Positions 43,132 to 53,292 of a stretch of DNA of 64,000 bases are shown here, one piece after another. This DNA is from Gemmatimonadota bacterium. Its GTDB lineage: Bacteria; JBHIER01; G020348925. Under the pieces are notes generated by a model. That model was not told the origin of the DNA. It did no database searches and saw only the letters and a program-made list of their open reading frames with translations. The stretch's first letter is position 1, and every line of letters starts with the position of its first letter. The stretch is taken from positions 1 to 64,000 of the forward strand of contig CP070758.1 in NCBI GenBank assembly GCA_020348925.1. Direction: 5' to 3'. Position numbers and translations under genes: made by a program.

Positions 43132-44688
43132 ATGGCAGAACAGAAGAAAATTTTGTGGGTCGATGATGAGATTGACATGCTCCGATCCCACATTCGTTTC
43201 TTGGAGGAGCGTGGATATGCGGTTTCCGGCACAAGCAGCGGTCTTGATGCCGTGGAGCTGGTTGCGAAAGAACCTTTCGATCTTGTCTTATTGGATGAGA
43301 TGATGCCGGGGAAAGATGGCTTGACCGTACTTGCTGAAATAAAAGACCTGAGCCCTTCGTTGCCTGTGATTATGATTACCAAGAGCGAAGAGGAACGACT
43401 TATGGACGAAGCGATCGGAAAAAGAATTGACGACTATCTGACCAAGCCTGTGAATCCAAGTCAGATACTTTCGGCCTGTAAGAAGATCCTGGAAAAGCGG
43501 AGGATTCAACGGGGACAGATCACTCAGGACTACGTCATTGACTCGAACCAGATCAGAGGTCTCATCGCAGGTCCGACCTCATGGCCAGATTGGATCGAAA
43601 TCCAGAACAAATTGGTGAAATGGGACATCGAGCTGGATCAGAGCGCAGACACAGGCTTGAAGCAAAGCCATCAAGATCAAAGACGTGAATGCAATACTGA
43701 ATTTGTGAAATTTGTGGAACGGAACTACCACCGTTGGCTTGAAGAAGAGGATCGACCACCGCTGTCCGTCGATGTCATCCGGCGATTCATTCTTCCTGAA
43801 ATCAGATCTGGCAGGAACGTCATATTCATCGTCATGGATTCCATGCGCCTGGATCAATGGGCTGCCGTCGAATCACTTCTCTACGATTACTTTACCGTCC
43901 AGCGGGACTACTATTACGCCGTTTTACCCACGGCGACGCCTTTTGCCCGGAATGCTATCTTCGCCGGCCTCTTCCCCGATGAGGTCGCCCGAAGATATCC
44001 CGAACTGTGGCGAAAAGGCGGTGATGATGAGGGAAGCCTGAACCGATATGAACATGATTTGCTCAACGACCAGCTTAACACACTCGGTCTCAAACTTCAT
44101 CCGGACCCGAAGTATATTAAAATATTGGATGTGACCGAAGCGAGAGAGCTTACAAAACAAATCGTCACATACAGGGATACACCGCTGACGGCGATCGTTT
44201 TTAATTTCGTCGATATACTTTCACACGGCCGATCTGAATCCGAAATCCTTCAGGAGATAGCACCTGACGAATCGGCGCTGCGATCCCTTATTCGATCATG
44301 GTTCATTCACTCTGAACTGTTTACTATTTTAAAGACTGCCTCACAATGGGATTGTACGGTCGTTCTCACCTCCGATCACGGCTCTGTCCTGAGTACGAAA
44401 GGAACAACCGTCTATGGAGATCGGGAAACCTCAACCAATTTGCGTTACAAATACGGGCAGAATCTTCGATGCGATGATAAGCATGCCCTCCATATTAAGA
44501 AACCGGAGGAGTACAGACTGCCGAGTATTGGATTACATTCCAACTTCATCATTGCCAAGGAGGACTACTTTTTTCTCTACCCCACGAAGTATCATAAATA
44601 TAAAAGGCAGTTTCAAGGGAGTTTCCAGCACGGCGGTATCTCCCTGGAAGAGATGATTCTGCCGGTAGCCATCATGAGATCGAAGTGA
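43132..44688 (+). CDS. porX: PorX-like response regulator with PglZ/alkaline-phosphatase-like domain
   Basis: ILWVDDEID receiver; DSMRLDQW, LPTATPFARNAIF, TSDHG, QHGGISLEEM; adjacent to tsaE. Confidence 0.85.
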   Translation: MAEQKKILWVDDEIDMLRSHIRFLEERGYAVSGTSSGLDAVELVAKEPFDLVLLDEMMPGKDGLTVLAEIKDLSPSLPVIMITKSEEERLMDEAIGKRIDDYLTKPVNPSQILSACKKILEKRRIQRGQITQDYVIDSNQIRGLIAGPTSWPDWIEIQNKLVKWDIELDQSADTGLKQSHQDQRRECNTEFVKFVERNYHRWLEEEDRPPLSVDVIRRFILPEIRSGRNVIFIVMDSMRLDQWAAVESLLYDYFTVQRDYYYAVLPTATPFARNAIFAGLFPDEVARRYPELWRKGGDDEGSLNRYEHDLLNDQLNTLGLKLHPDPKYIKILDVTEARELTKQIVTYRDTPLTAIVFNFVDILSHGRSESEILQEIAPDESALRSLIRSWFIHSELFTILKTASQWDCTVVLTSDHGSVLSTKGTTVYGDRETSTNLRYKYGQNLRCDDKHALHIKKPEEYRLPSIGLHSNFIIAKEDYFFLYPTKYHKYKRQFQGSFQHGGISLEEMILPVAIMRSK

Positions 44689-45158
44689 TGACAGAGAGAG
44701 TGCAGACAGGGGAGATGAGAAATACGACTACTGTTTTCACACAAAGCCCTGAGGAGACACACAGTTTTGGCGTTGAACTTGCCAGGGATCTTGAACCTCA
44801 AACCGTCATTGCCCTCATCGGGGATCTCGGATCCGGCAAGACCTGTTTGACCCAGGGAATCTGTGCCGGACTGGAGGTGGAGGAGTATGTGACGAGTCCG
44901 ACCTTCACCCTCATCAACGAGTACCGGGGGCGGTTGCCCGTGTACCATTTCGATCTGTACAGAATTGACGACCTGAAGGAGATGCTCGACCTGGGATATG
45001 AGGAATACTTTTACGGCAACGGCGTGTGTGTGATTGAATGGGCGGAAAAGATGGAGACGCTCTTGCCGGAAAAGCGCATCGAAATTCTATTGAAGCGGAT
45101 TGGTGAAAACGAGAGGGAGTTTCGAATCACCCATTTCACTGAACATACTCGGGAATGA
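44685..45158 (+). CDS. tsaE: tRNA threonylcarbamoyladenosine biosynthesis ATPase TsaE
   Basis: GDLGSGKT, SPTFTL, HFDLYR, IEWAE. Confidence 0.95.
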   Translation: MMTERVQTGEMRNTTTVFTQSPEETHSFGVELARDLEPQTVIALIGDLGSGKTCLTQGICAGLEVEEYVTSPTFTLINEYRGRLPVYHFDLYRIDDLKEMLDLGYEEYFYGNGVCVIEWAEKMETLLPEKRIEILLKRIGENEREFRITHFTEHTRE

Positions 45159-45171
45159 GCAGATCATTGGG

Positions 45172-45861
45172 ATGATTGTTTTAGGCATTGAGACGGCGAC
45201 TTTAATTGAAGGCGTGGCCGTTGTTGACGGCGACAGGGTTGTGGCCGAACATCGATCACACGTGGGATCGACCCACGCGGAGCACCTCGTGCCGACTATC
45301 CTCCAGACCCTCGGAGCCGCAGGGTTTGGCATGAAAGAAGTGGACGGTATCGCAATTTCCATAGGGCCCGGTTCTTTTACTGGGCTTCGAATCGGACTGA
45401 GCGCCGTGAAAGGTTTGAGCCTGGCGCGAGGAATACCCGTTGTTGCTGTTCCGACACTGGACGGGCTGGCCTATCACGTTCCTTTTTGCAGGTACTCCGT
45501 TTGCCCCATACTCGATGCCAAAAGGCATGAGGTGTACACGGCTTTGTATCGTACGAGCGAGGGTGTTCCGGAACGCTTGACTGAACCTCGTGCGATCAAT
45601 CCCGAAGACCTCGTGACCGAAATCTCTGAGCCGACGATTTTTCTCGGAGATGGCGTGCCCGTTTACGCTCGCTTGATAAGGGAGCACTTGGGATCCAAAG
45701 CCCATTTCGCGCCGAATCATGTCGGCCTTCCTAGTGGTTCGGCCATCGCTCTTTTAGGGCATACACTCCTTATCGAGGGGAAGACCGTAGACATCCAAAG
45801 CGTGCAACCGTTCTATATTCGGAAATCGGATGCGGAGTTGAAGGCGATCAGAGGGGCATGA
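45172..45861 (+). CDS. tsaB: TsaB
   Basis: LGIETAT, GPGSFTGLRIG, DAKRHEVY. Confidence 0.95.
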   Translation: MIVLGIETATLIEGVAVVDGDRVVAEHRSHVGSTHAEHLVPTILQTLGAAGFGMKEVDGIAISIGPGSFTGLRIGLSAVKGLSLARGIPVVAVPTLDGLAYHVPFCRYSVCPILDAKRHEVYTALYRTSEGVPERLTEPRAINPEDLVTEISEPTIFLGDGVPVYARLIREHLGSKAHFAPNHVGLPSGSAIALLGHTLLIEGKTVDIQSVQPFYIRKSDAELKAIRGA

Positions 45862-45874
45862 AGAGCAGGTAAGA

Positions 45875-46402
45875 ATGGACGAGATGAAACTTGAGAAAAG
45901 TGATGAAATTGTGAGGATGTCTCTTCACGATCTCGAAGACGTTTTAGCCATTGAGAGGGATTCGTTTTCAAATCCTTGGCCGAAGGACCACTTTCGGCAG
46001 ATCATCTCCGATCGAAAACACGCGGTTCCTCTTGTGGCGAAACGGGATGGTGAGGTTATTGGCTATGGTATTGCGTGGCTTAAGTTCGAAACCTTCCACA
46101 TCGGTAATCTCGCCGTCCATCGTTCCTTTCGCCGTCGTAAAATTGGCCAGAGGCTGCTGCGTGCGCTTATGGAAACCGGATTGGGGAGGGATTGTCGCCT
46201 GGCTACATTGGAGGTCAGGGAGACAAACCAAGCAGCCATTTCGCTGTACCGGAAGTTCGGATTTTCGCCCGTGGCTTTGCAGACAGGATATTACGATGAC
46301 ACGGGAGAGAACGCCATCATAATGATGACGGAACTGAGGCAAGATGTTCGGACACCCCCGGGGTATCAAATGATCCCTCACGTGGAAGAGAAGGACCGAT
46401 GA
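45875..46402 (+). CDS. rimI: RimI-type N-acetyltransferase
   Basis: IERDSFSNPW, NLAVH, LEVRETN, LYRKFGF, YY...ENAIIM. Confidence 0.9.
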   Translation: MDEMKLEKSDEIVRMSLHDLEDVLAIERDSFSNPWPKDHFRQIISDRKHAVPLVAKRDGEVIGYGIAWLKFETFHIGNLAVHRSFRRRKIGQRLLRALMETGLGRDCRLATLEVRETNQAAISLYRKFGFSPVALQTGYYDDTGENAIIMMTELRQDVRTPPGYQMIPHVEEKDR

Positions 46403-46516
46403 AATCGAATGGTCAAAAAGCCCGAACGTCAGAAAGATGTGTCGTCGGAAATCGGTTTTACTTTTCGACGTTTCAACTTTTCCCCCAGGCCGAACGGCGG
46501 GGAGGGATGATGCAGC

Positions 46517-47353
46517 ATGGAGTGGTTTAAAAAGGTCAAGACAGGCCTCAAGGCCCAAGAAAAAAGGCCTATCCCCGATGGTGTCTGGGTCAAGTGTGAC
46601 ACGTGCGGTGAGATTATCTACAAAAAAGAGCTGATCCAGAACCTCTGGGTGTGCGCCAAGTGCGGATTTCATTTTCGAATCAAATCCGGTGATTATGTGC
46701 GAATCCTTTTGGATGACGGCACATTCGATGAGCTCCACAGCAACATCACGGCCGTCGATTCACTCAAGTTCAGAGATAGCAAGAAGTATACCGACCGCGT
46801 GAAAGACGCGATGAAGAAAACAGGTTTGTCCGAGGCCGCCAGGACGGGCATCGGAAAGGTCGATGGCAAATCCATTGTTCTTGGAATTCTGGCTTTTGAC
46901 TTTTTAGGGGGAAGTATGGGATCCGTCGTTGGCGAGAAGATCGCCCGGGCGACAGAGCAAGCATTGCGGGATAAAATTCCACTGATTGTTGTCTCCAGTT
47001 CCGGTGGGGCCCGGATGCAGGAAGGGGCTCTGTCTCTTATGCAGATGGCAAAAACGAGCGCACGTCTGGCTCAGTTGTCGGAGGCGAGTGTCCCTTATAT
47101 TTCAGTCCTGACCCATCCCACCACCGGCGGTGTCGCCGCCAGTTTTGCTATGCTGGGGGATATCATCATCGCTGAGCCGGGCGCCCTCATCGGGTTTGCC
47201 GGCCCTCGAGTCATTGAGCAGACCATCGGCCAGGAATTACCCGAAGGCTTTCAGCGCTCGGAATTTCTTCTCGAACATGGCTTTATCGACGTCATCGTGA
47301 ACAGAAGAGAGTTGAAACCGATCATCAGCACACTCCTCGACCATCTGACATGA
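46517..47353 (+). CDS. accD: Acetyl-CoA carboxylase carboxyltransferase beta subunit
   Basis: WVKCDTC...VCAKC, GGSMG, SGGARMQE, GFAGPRVI. Confidence 0.97.
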   Translation: MEWFKKVKTGLKAQEKRPIPDGVWVKCDTCGEIIYKKELIQNLWVCAKCGFHFRIKSGDYVRILLDDGTFDELHSNITAVDSLKFRDSKKYTDRVKDAMKKTGLSEAARTGIGKVDGKSIVLGILAFDFLGGSMGSVVGEKIARATEQALRDKIPLIVVSSSGGARMQEGALSLMQMAKTSARLAQLSEASVPYISVLTHPTTGGVAASFAMLGDIIIAEPGALIGFAGPRVIEQTIGQELPEGFQRSEFLLEHGFIDVIVNRRELKPIISTLLDHLT

Positions 47354-48648
47354 CCTACCGCGACGCACTCCGTTTCCTTTACGGACTCCAAATTTTCGGG
47401 ATAAAACTTGGGTTGCGTAATATTACGAGCGTCCTCCGTGAGATCAACAACCCCAACCACCATTTTAAGATTATTCATATTGCAGGGACAAACGGGAAAG
47501 GATCGACTGCGGCTCTGGTCGAGTCCGTGCTGCGCTCCGCAGGCTACAAAACCGGTCTGTTCACCTCGCCCCATCTTTTCGATTTCACCGAACGGATCCG
47601 CGTTGCCGGGAAACCTATTCCCAGGCGACAGGTTTCCTCCGGGATTGCTCTGCTCAAACCATATATTGAACGCTACCGTTGCACTTTCTTTGAGGCGACC
47701 ACAGCCCTTGCCTTTCAGATTTTTCAGAAAGAAGGGGTCGATGTGGCCATCATCGAGGTGGGTATGGGTGGCCGGCTCGATGCCACAAACGTGGTCACCT
47801 CGATGTGCAGCATTATTACTGATATTGACAACGATCACACCGAATATCTTGGGGAAAAATTGAAAAGCATCGCTCGGGAGAAAGCCGCTGTTATCAAGGA
47901 AAAAAGTACCGTTGTCACATCTGCAACACAGCCTGAGGTGAAGGAAGTATTACGGGCCGCGTGTATGAAGCGCGGGGCGACTCTGTACGCAACGGGCGAG
48001 CATTGCACTCTTGATATTAGAGAGATTTCATCCGAGGGATCCCGCATCACTCTTCAGACCCCTTTCAGAGTTCACACCGATCTCCAGGTTCCACTCTTGG
48101 GGAGGCATCAAGTTCGAAACGCGGCTGCGGCGGTGCTGGCGATCGATGTGCTCAATAGCAACGGTGTTGCCGTATCTGAAGGGAACGTGCGGCAAGGTAT
48201 TGCCGGAACGACGTGGCCCGGGAGACTCCAAGTCCTTCAAAAAAGACCGTTGTTTCTCGTTGACGGGGCGCATAATCCGGGCGGAATGCATGCGCTGAAA
48301 GATGCTCTTCAGGAATTCTTCACCTATAAAAATCTCATCCTCGTCTTCGGCGTTATGTCCAACAAAAGTTACACAGAGATGTTGAGGGCCATCGTCCCCA
48401 TGGCCCATCATGTCCTTCTTACAAGACCGAACATGGAAAGGGCACTGAACTGCCGCGTGCTTGCCGAGGAGGTGTCTCTGCTCACCTCACGTTTCGAGGT
48501 CATACCCTCAGTTTCTCAAGCGGTACGCAGAGCTTTCACTATTGCCGATCCCGGCGATGTTGTGTGCGCTGCCGGATCGCTTTTTCTTGTCGGTGATATT
48601 TTGAAGTCCAGAATGAAGCGGGTGGATGAGCTTTTTGGCTTGAATTGA
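47350..48648 (+). CDS. folC: Folylpolyglutamate synthase/dihydrofolate synthase
   Basis: AGTNGKGS, TSPHL, EVGMGGRLDATN, WPGR, DGAHN. Confidence 0.96.
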   Translation: MTYRDALRFLYGLQIFGIKLGLRNITSVLREINNPNHHFKIIHIAGTNGKGSTAALVESVLRSAGYKTGLFTSPHLFDFTERIRVAGKPIPRRQVSSGIALLKPYIERYRCTFFEATTALAFQIFQKEGVDVAIIEVGMGGRLDATNVVTSMCSIITDIDNDHTEYLGEKLKSIAREKAAVIKEKSTVVTSATQPEVKEVLRAACMKRGATLYATGEHCTLDIREISSEGSRITLQTPFRVHTDLQVPLLGRHQVRNAAAAVLAIDVLNSNGVAVSEGNVRQGIAGTTWPGRLQVLQKRPLFLVDGAHNPGGMHALKDALQEFFTYKNLILVFGVMSNKSYTEMLRAIVPMAHHVLLTRPNMERALNCRVLAEEVSLLTSRFEVIPSVSQAVRRAFTIADPGDVVCAAGSLFLVGDILKSRMKRVDELFGLN

Positions 48649-48661
48649 AAGGAACGAACTT

Positions 48662-49201
48662 ATGAAAATTCGCGTGCTGAACGCATCGCTGGAGGTCATC
48701 CAGGGTGACATTACTGAGGTGGACGTTGAGGCTCTTGTAACTCCGGCAAATAATCACCTGTGGATGGGAGGTGGGGTGGCTGGGATCGTCAAATCGAAGG
48801 GAGGGGAAGGGATAGAGAAAGAAGCGGTCAAGCAAGGGCCGGTGAAAATCGGATCGGCCGTAATGACAACGGGAGGTGCGTTAAAAGTCAGGCATGTCAT
48901 TCATGCCGCAGCCATGGGACAGGATCTGAAGGCGAGTGAGGAGTCCATCCGCACATCGACGCAGGCCGGCTTGCGACTTGCGGAGGAGAAAGGGATCCGG
49001 TCTCTGGCGTTGCCTGCCATAGCGACCGGTGCCGGTGGCTTTTCGCCGTATGTGTGTGCCAAAATCATGCTCGAAGAGACCATCGAATTCCTCACCAATA
49101 CTCAGACCGTTCGACAGATCCTCTTCGTTCTGTTTGATCAGAAGACGTACGATATTTTTAAGGAGGAGCTGGGGAAGATGTTCAGCAGCGGCCCGAAATA
49201 A
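48662..49201 (+). CDS. Macro domain protein
   Basis: QGDIT, ANNHLWMGGGVAG, VIHAA, PAIATGAGG. Confidence 0.92.
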   Translation: MKIRVLNASLEVIQGDITEVDVEALVTPANNHLWMGGGVAGIVKSKGGEGIEKEAVKQGPVKIGSAVMTTGGALKVRHVIHAAAMGQDLKASEESIRTSTQAGLRLAEEKGIRSLALPAIATGAGGFSPYVCAKIMLEETIEFLTNTQTVRQILFVLFDQKTYDIFKEELGKMFSSGPK

Positions 49202-49418
49202 TCTTATTCTTCGATGGCCAAATTAAAACATGAATGGTATTGCGAGCAACCGAAGGTCACGCGGCAGCTCCGCTTCATCAAAGATCTTGCTGAAAGGAAT
49301 GGAAATTCATAAGGGGGCCGGGCGGTTGCATTTCGAATATCGATAGCTGAAAAACATCTTGACTTTGGGATGACCTTTTATTAAGTTTGTGATCTCTAAT
49401 TTGATTTGAATAGAACAT

Positions 49419-49494
49419 TCCCGGGTAGCTCAGTTGGTAGAGCGGGTGGCTGTTAACCACTTGGTCGCTGGTTCGAGTCCGGCCCCGGGAGCCA
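49419..49494 (+). tRNA. tRNA-Asn(GTT)
   Basis: 76-nt cloverleaf; acceptor stem TCCCGGG/CCCGGGA; anticodon GTT; GGTTCGAGTCC; CCA end. Confidence 0.98.
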
Positions 49495-49502
49495 TACCTC
49501 CC

Positions 49503-49538
49503 CCCGGCAGTAGTAATATCCTCTGCCGGGAATTTTTT
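49503..49538 (+). terminator. Probable intrinsic terminator after tRNA-Asn
   Basis: CCCGGCAG...CTGCCGGG followed by AATTTTTT. Confidence 0.55.
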
Positions 49539-49539
49539 A

Positions 49540-49700
49540 TTTATACCTAACACGCTTGGAGTTGGAGCAAAGTAGTAGATTGTAAGCTTCTCCTCGCCGA
49601 TCTCAATCCTGTCAATGAACTTCGACAGGAATTCCCTTTTCTCTTGGGTGGCATTCCCAACGAAGACTTTGAGAAGTTTCCTCCTGCCTTTCAGCCTTTC
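49540..49700 (-). pseudogene. Fragment resembling the C-terminus of a large serine recombinase
   Basis: EKREFLSKFIDRIEIGEEKLTIYY, pointing into the tRNA 3' end. Confidence 0.45.
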
Positions 49701-50224
49701 CTGATTGAGAGAAGAAATGTTTTCTGAGATTGTATTGGTTGTTGATGCCAAAGGCACTATTGATGAAGTGCAGAAGAATGTGGTCGTAGCACTCTCCGGA
49801 TTAAATATTCAATGACGGGGGATGTAGAGGGACAACGAATGTATTTGATATTAGACATTTGAAATATTGTCAGAGAAGAGCACTCTATATTAGGGAAGAT
49901 AGGTACTTATTATTCTCGGAAAAGTGTGTGTTATCAAAGTTATTCTTTACTTTCGCTGCAAAAATGACAGTCATTGTTTCTGTCAAAAGTAACAGAATTC
50001 AACTCTAGAAAGTAACTCTCCGTCAGAATATAGTGGATTAAGGGAAAATGTCACTGTAAGTAACATTATTATTAAATAGTACAATTTCGTTTCTCATGAG
50101 ATCAAAAAGACTCTCTCCTCCCAGGATCAGCTTTTCTCCTTGATTTCAAACAAGAAACTGAATAGTTTAAACGGAGATCTATCTCTCACTGGATTCCTCT
50201 CAAAAGGAGGTCTATAAGCAAGTT

Positions 50225-52462
50225 ATGATCGGTGAAACCATTTCCCACTACAAGATCCTCGAAAAGCTTGGTGAAGGTGGCATGGGTGTCGTCTATAAGG
50301 CCGAGGACACCAAACTCAAGCGCACTGTTGCCCTGAAGTTTTTACCGCCTGAGTTGACAAGAGATCCTGAAGCTAAACAACGCTTCATCCACGAAGCCCA
50401 GGCAGCATCCGCTCTTGATTACTCCAACATTTGCACTATCTATGAGATTGATGAGACCGGGGATAACCAATTATTCATTTCTATGGCCTGCTATGGGGGT
50501 CAAAACTTAAGGGAGAAAATTGAAAAGGGGCCACTCAAGCTGGAGGAGACCATCGACATTGGTATCCAGATTGCTCAAGGTCTTTCCAAAGCTCACGAGA
50601 AGGGTATTGTGCACAGGGACATAAAACCGGGCAATATCTTGATAACAGAAGACGGACAAGTGAAGATTGTCGATTTTGGCTTGGCCAAATTACGCGGGCG
50701 TACCAAACTGACGAAAACGGGTACCGCACTGGGTACGGTGGCATATATGTCGCCAGAGCAGAGTCGAGGTAAAGAGGTTGACCATCGTACAGACATCTGG
50801 TCCTTGGGCGTTGTATTGTACGAGATGCTAACTGGACAAATGCCCTTCAAAGGCGACTACGAACAGGCAGTAGTATATTCGATTCTAAATGAAGAGCCGG
50901 AACCAATAACAAATCTTAGGAGCGATGTCCCGACAGAATTGCAGCAAGTGATGCAAAAGGCGATGCAAAAAGAGCCAACCGAGCGGTATGCAAGCATGGC
51001 TGAGCTGTTAACCGATCTTAAATCAATGAAAAAGGATCTTCAAATTGAGGATGCAAGGTCGCTTGCAGAGAAAGAAAAACCTTTGCCTTCCATCGCTGTT
51101 CTGCCCTTTGTGAACATGAGCGCCGATCCTGAGCAGGAATACTTCTGCGACGGCATGTCTGAAGAACTCATCAATGCACTGACCAAAATTGAGAATCTGC
51201 GTGTGCCTGCCCGGACTTCTGCTTTTGCCTTCAAAGGTGAGAAGATAGACGTGCGCGAAATTGGGAGGAAGCTGAGTGTCGCAACGGTTCTTGAAGGTAG
51301 CGTTCGTAAAGCAGGGAATCGTCTTCGTATCGCTGCGCAGCTCATCAATGTCGCCGACGGTTATCATCTCTGGTCGGAGCGCTTTGACCGTGAACTGGAT
51401 GACGTCTTTGCCATTCAGGATGAGATATCGATGGCAATTGTGAATAACTTAAAGGTCCGGCTATTGAGAGACGAAGAAGAGAAACTGGTGAAACGACATA
51501 CAAGGGACCCAGAAGCCTACAACCTCTATCTAAAAGGGCTCTACTTCAGTTTCAAAGCGTCTCCGGAGGGAATGGAAAAAGTCCTTCAGTATTTTAGAAA
51601 AGCGATTGATAAAGATCCAGACTTCGCTCTTACCTACACAGGAGTGGCTAATGTGTTCTTAGCTCTTGGAATCTTTAGTCTTCGGCCCACGAAGGAGATT
51701 CTGCCCAAAGCCAAGGCCGCACTCGACAAAGCCTTACATTTGGATGATACCCTTGCCGAGGCTCATGCCAATGCCGCCTTGATGGCTTTCTGGATTGAAT
51801 GGGACTGGAGAGCTGCGGAGAACCATTTCAAGAAAGCGTTAGCGCTGAATCCTAGACTGGCCTCATGCAGAGCCTGGTATGCGTGGTATCAGTTGGCCAT
51901 GGGGAGATTTGATAAGGCCATCTCCGAACTCAAAAGAGCTCAGGAGCTCGACCCGCTCATGCCTCTTTGGTATTCCCAGGGAACGGGAATTCACCTCACC
52001 GTAGGGAATCTTGATGAAGCCATGAATCAGTTTCATAAAGCCATCGAGCTCGATCCGAACTTCGGCCTTGCTTATTTCCATGTGGGCAGAGTCTATTTTC
52101 TCAAAGGAATGATGGAGGAAGCAATTTCTGCCTTTAAAAAAATGTTAGGACTAACTCCTTACCCAGGATGGGCAGAATGCTACCTCGGAATGATTTATCA
52201 TTTACAGGGGAAGAAAGAGAATGCCGAGAACCTCCTTGAGGAGATCATTGAACGGAAGAAAAAGACGTACGTTTCCTCTGTCTGCATAGCTATTCTATGC
52301 CACGAATTGGGCAAGCTGGAGTTAGCATATGAATTTTATGAAAAGGCTATTGAAGAGCGGGATATACTCATGCCCTTTATCAAGGTGCACCCGGAGCATG
52401 AAAAGCATCGCTCTGACCCCCAGTTCAAGTCCCTGCTGAAGAAGATGAGTTTAGATAAATAA
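50225..52462 (+). CDS. Hanks-type Ser/Thr kinase with TolB-like and TPR domains, no TM
   Basis: LGEGGMG, HRDIKPGN, DFG; SIAVLPFVNMS...EYFCDG...LEGSVR; TPRs. Confidence 0.95.
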   Translation: MIGETISHYKILEKLGEGGMGVVYKAEDTKLKRTVALKFLPPELTRDPEAKQRFIHEAQAASALDYSNICTIYEIDETGDNQLFISMACYGGQNLREKIEKGPLKLEETIDIGIQIAQGLSKAHEKGIVHRDIKPGNILITEDGQVKIVDFGLAKLRGRTKLTKTGTALGTVAYMSPEQSRGKEVDHRTDIWSLGVVLYEMLTGQMPFKGDYEQAVVYSILNEEPEPITNLRSDVPTELQQVMQKAMQKEPTERYASMAELLTDLKSMKKDLQIEDARSLAEKEKPLPSIAVLPFVNMSADPEQEYFCDGMSEELINALTKIENLRVPARTSAFAFKGEKIDVREIGRKLSVATVLEGSVRKAGNRLRIAAQLINVADGYHLWSERFDRELDDVFAIQDEISMAIVNNLKVRLLRDEEEKLVKRHTRDPEAYNLYLKGLYFSFKASPEGMEKVLQYFRKAIDKDPDFALTYTGVANVFLALGIFSLRPTKEILPKAKAALDKALHLDDTLAEAHANAALMAFWIEWDWRAAENHFKKALALNPRLASCRAWYAWYQLAMGRFDKAISELKRAQELDPLMPLWYSQGTGIHLTVGNLDEAMNQFHKAIELDPNFGLAYFHVGRVYFLKGMMEEAISAFKKMLGLTPYPGWAECYLGMIYHLQGKKENAENLLEEIIERKKKTYVSSVCIAILCHELGKLELAYEFYEKAIEERDILMPFIKVHPEHEKHRSDPQFKSLLKKMSLDK

Positions 52463-52842
52463 AAGTAAAGAAGTAAAACAAATGAACTGATCAAAAAAAT
52501 TAATAACTTAGAGGAGTTTACCATAAAAAACTTATTTCTATTATTCGTGGGAGTATCCTTTTTAGTTATCAGTGCTTGTGANNNNNNNNNNNNNNNNNNN
52601 NNNNNNNNNNNNNNNNNNNNNNNNNNNNNNNNNNNNNNNNNNNNNNNNNNNNNNNNNNNNNNNNNNNNNNNNNNNNNNNNNAGTACCCTGGAACCTATCA
52701 GATCCCACGGTACTACTCTTCGACGTTCAACTCCACATCCCCTGCGACAGGCTCTGGACAGATCTGACTTAGAACAGACCTTTCATCAGTGGAACCCGCG
52801 TAATACACCGAATACGCCTGAAATCCGTCCAATCCGTGGATC

Positions 52843-53093
52843 TCCTTCATCAACACCAATCGTTTCGTCGCCGAAAAATCACCCGCCGTCAAGCGGTAGA
52901 AAGAGATGCCGCAGGCAGCGTCTGATCCCTGCTCGTTTCACCCATCCCGGCTGACGGTGTAATATCCCGGTTCTTTCAACGCCTCCACCAACGTCCGTAC
53001 TTCTTGTCCAAGAACATTATAGATCTTGAGAGTGGTGGGGAGGGATGATCTACCATCTGGTATCTCATATCTAATATCTGTAAACGGATTGAA
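52843..53093 (-). pseudogene. Orphan, decayed T9SS C-terminal domain
   Basis: FNPFTDIRYEI...LKIYNVLGQEVRTLV...YYTVSRDG*...FYRLTAG...KRLVLMK; internal stop, no start. Confidence 0.75.
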
Positions 53094-53292
53094 AATAATT
53101 TTATCAAGACAGAATAAGAGGGTATCACACTCGAAAATTAGTGGAGATTCCGAAATTTATAAACGGGCGTAAAGGAGGCGTCGTGACCGGCTCTCCAACA
53201 CGCTCGTGGTCTGGCTGCACACGCCCCAGATGCAAAACTACTCACCAAGCCTATTCAATTGTTTTATTTAAAGAAGAATCCCCTGCGGATTC

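Noticed and set aside
49278-49757. 159-aa minus-strand ORF as an intact gene
   Set aside because: Its C-terminal half is the antisense translation of tRNA-Asn; only a short recombinase-like fragment is credible.
20584-52462. Diversity-generating retroelement acting on the kinase or CTD paralogues
   Set aside because: No reverse transcriptase, and I saw no adenine-specific template/variable repeat pair.
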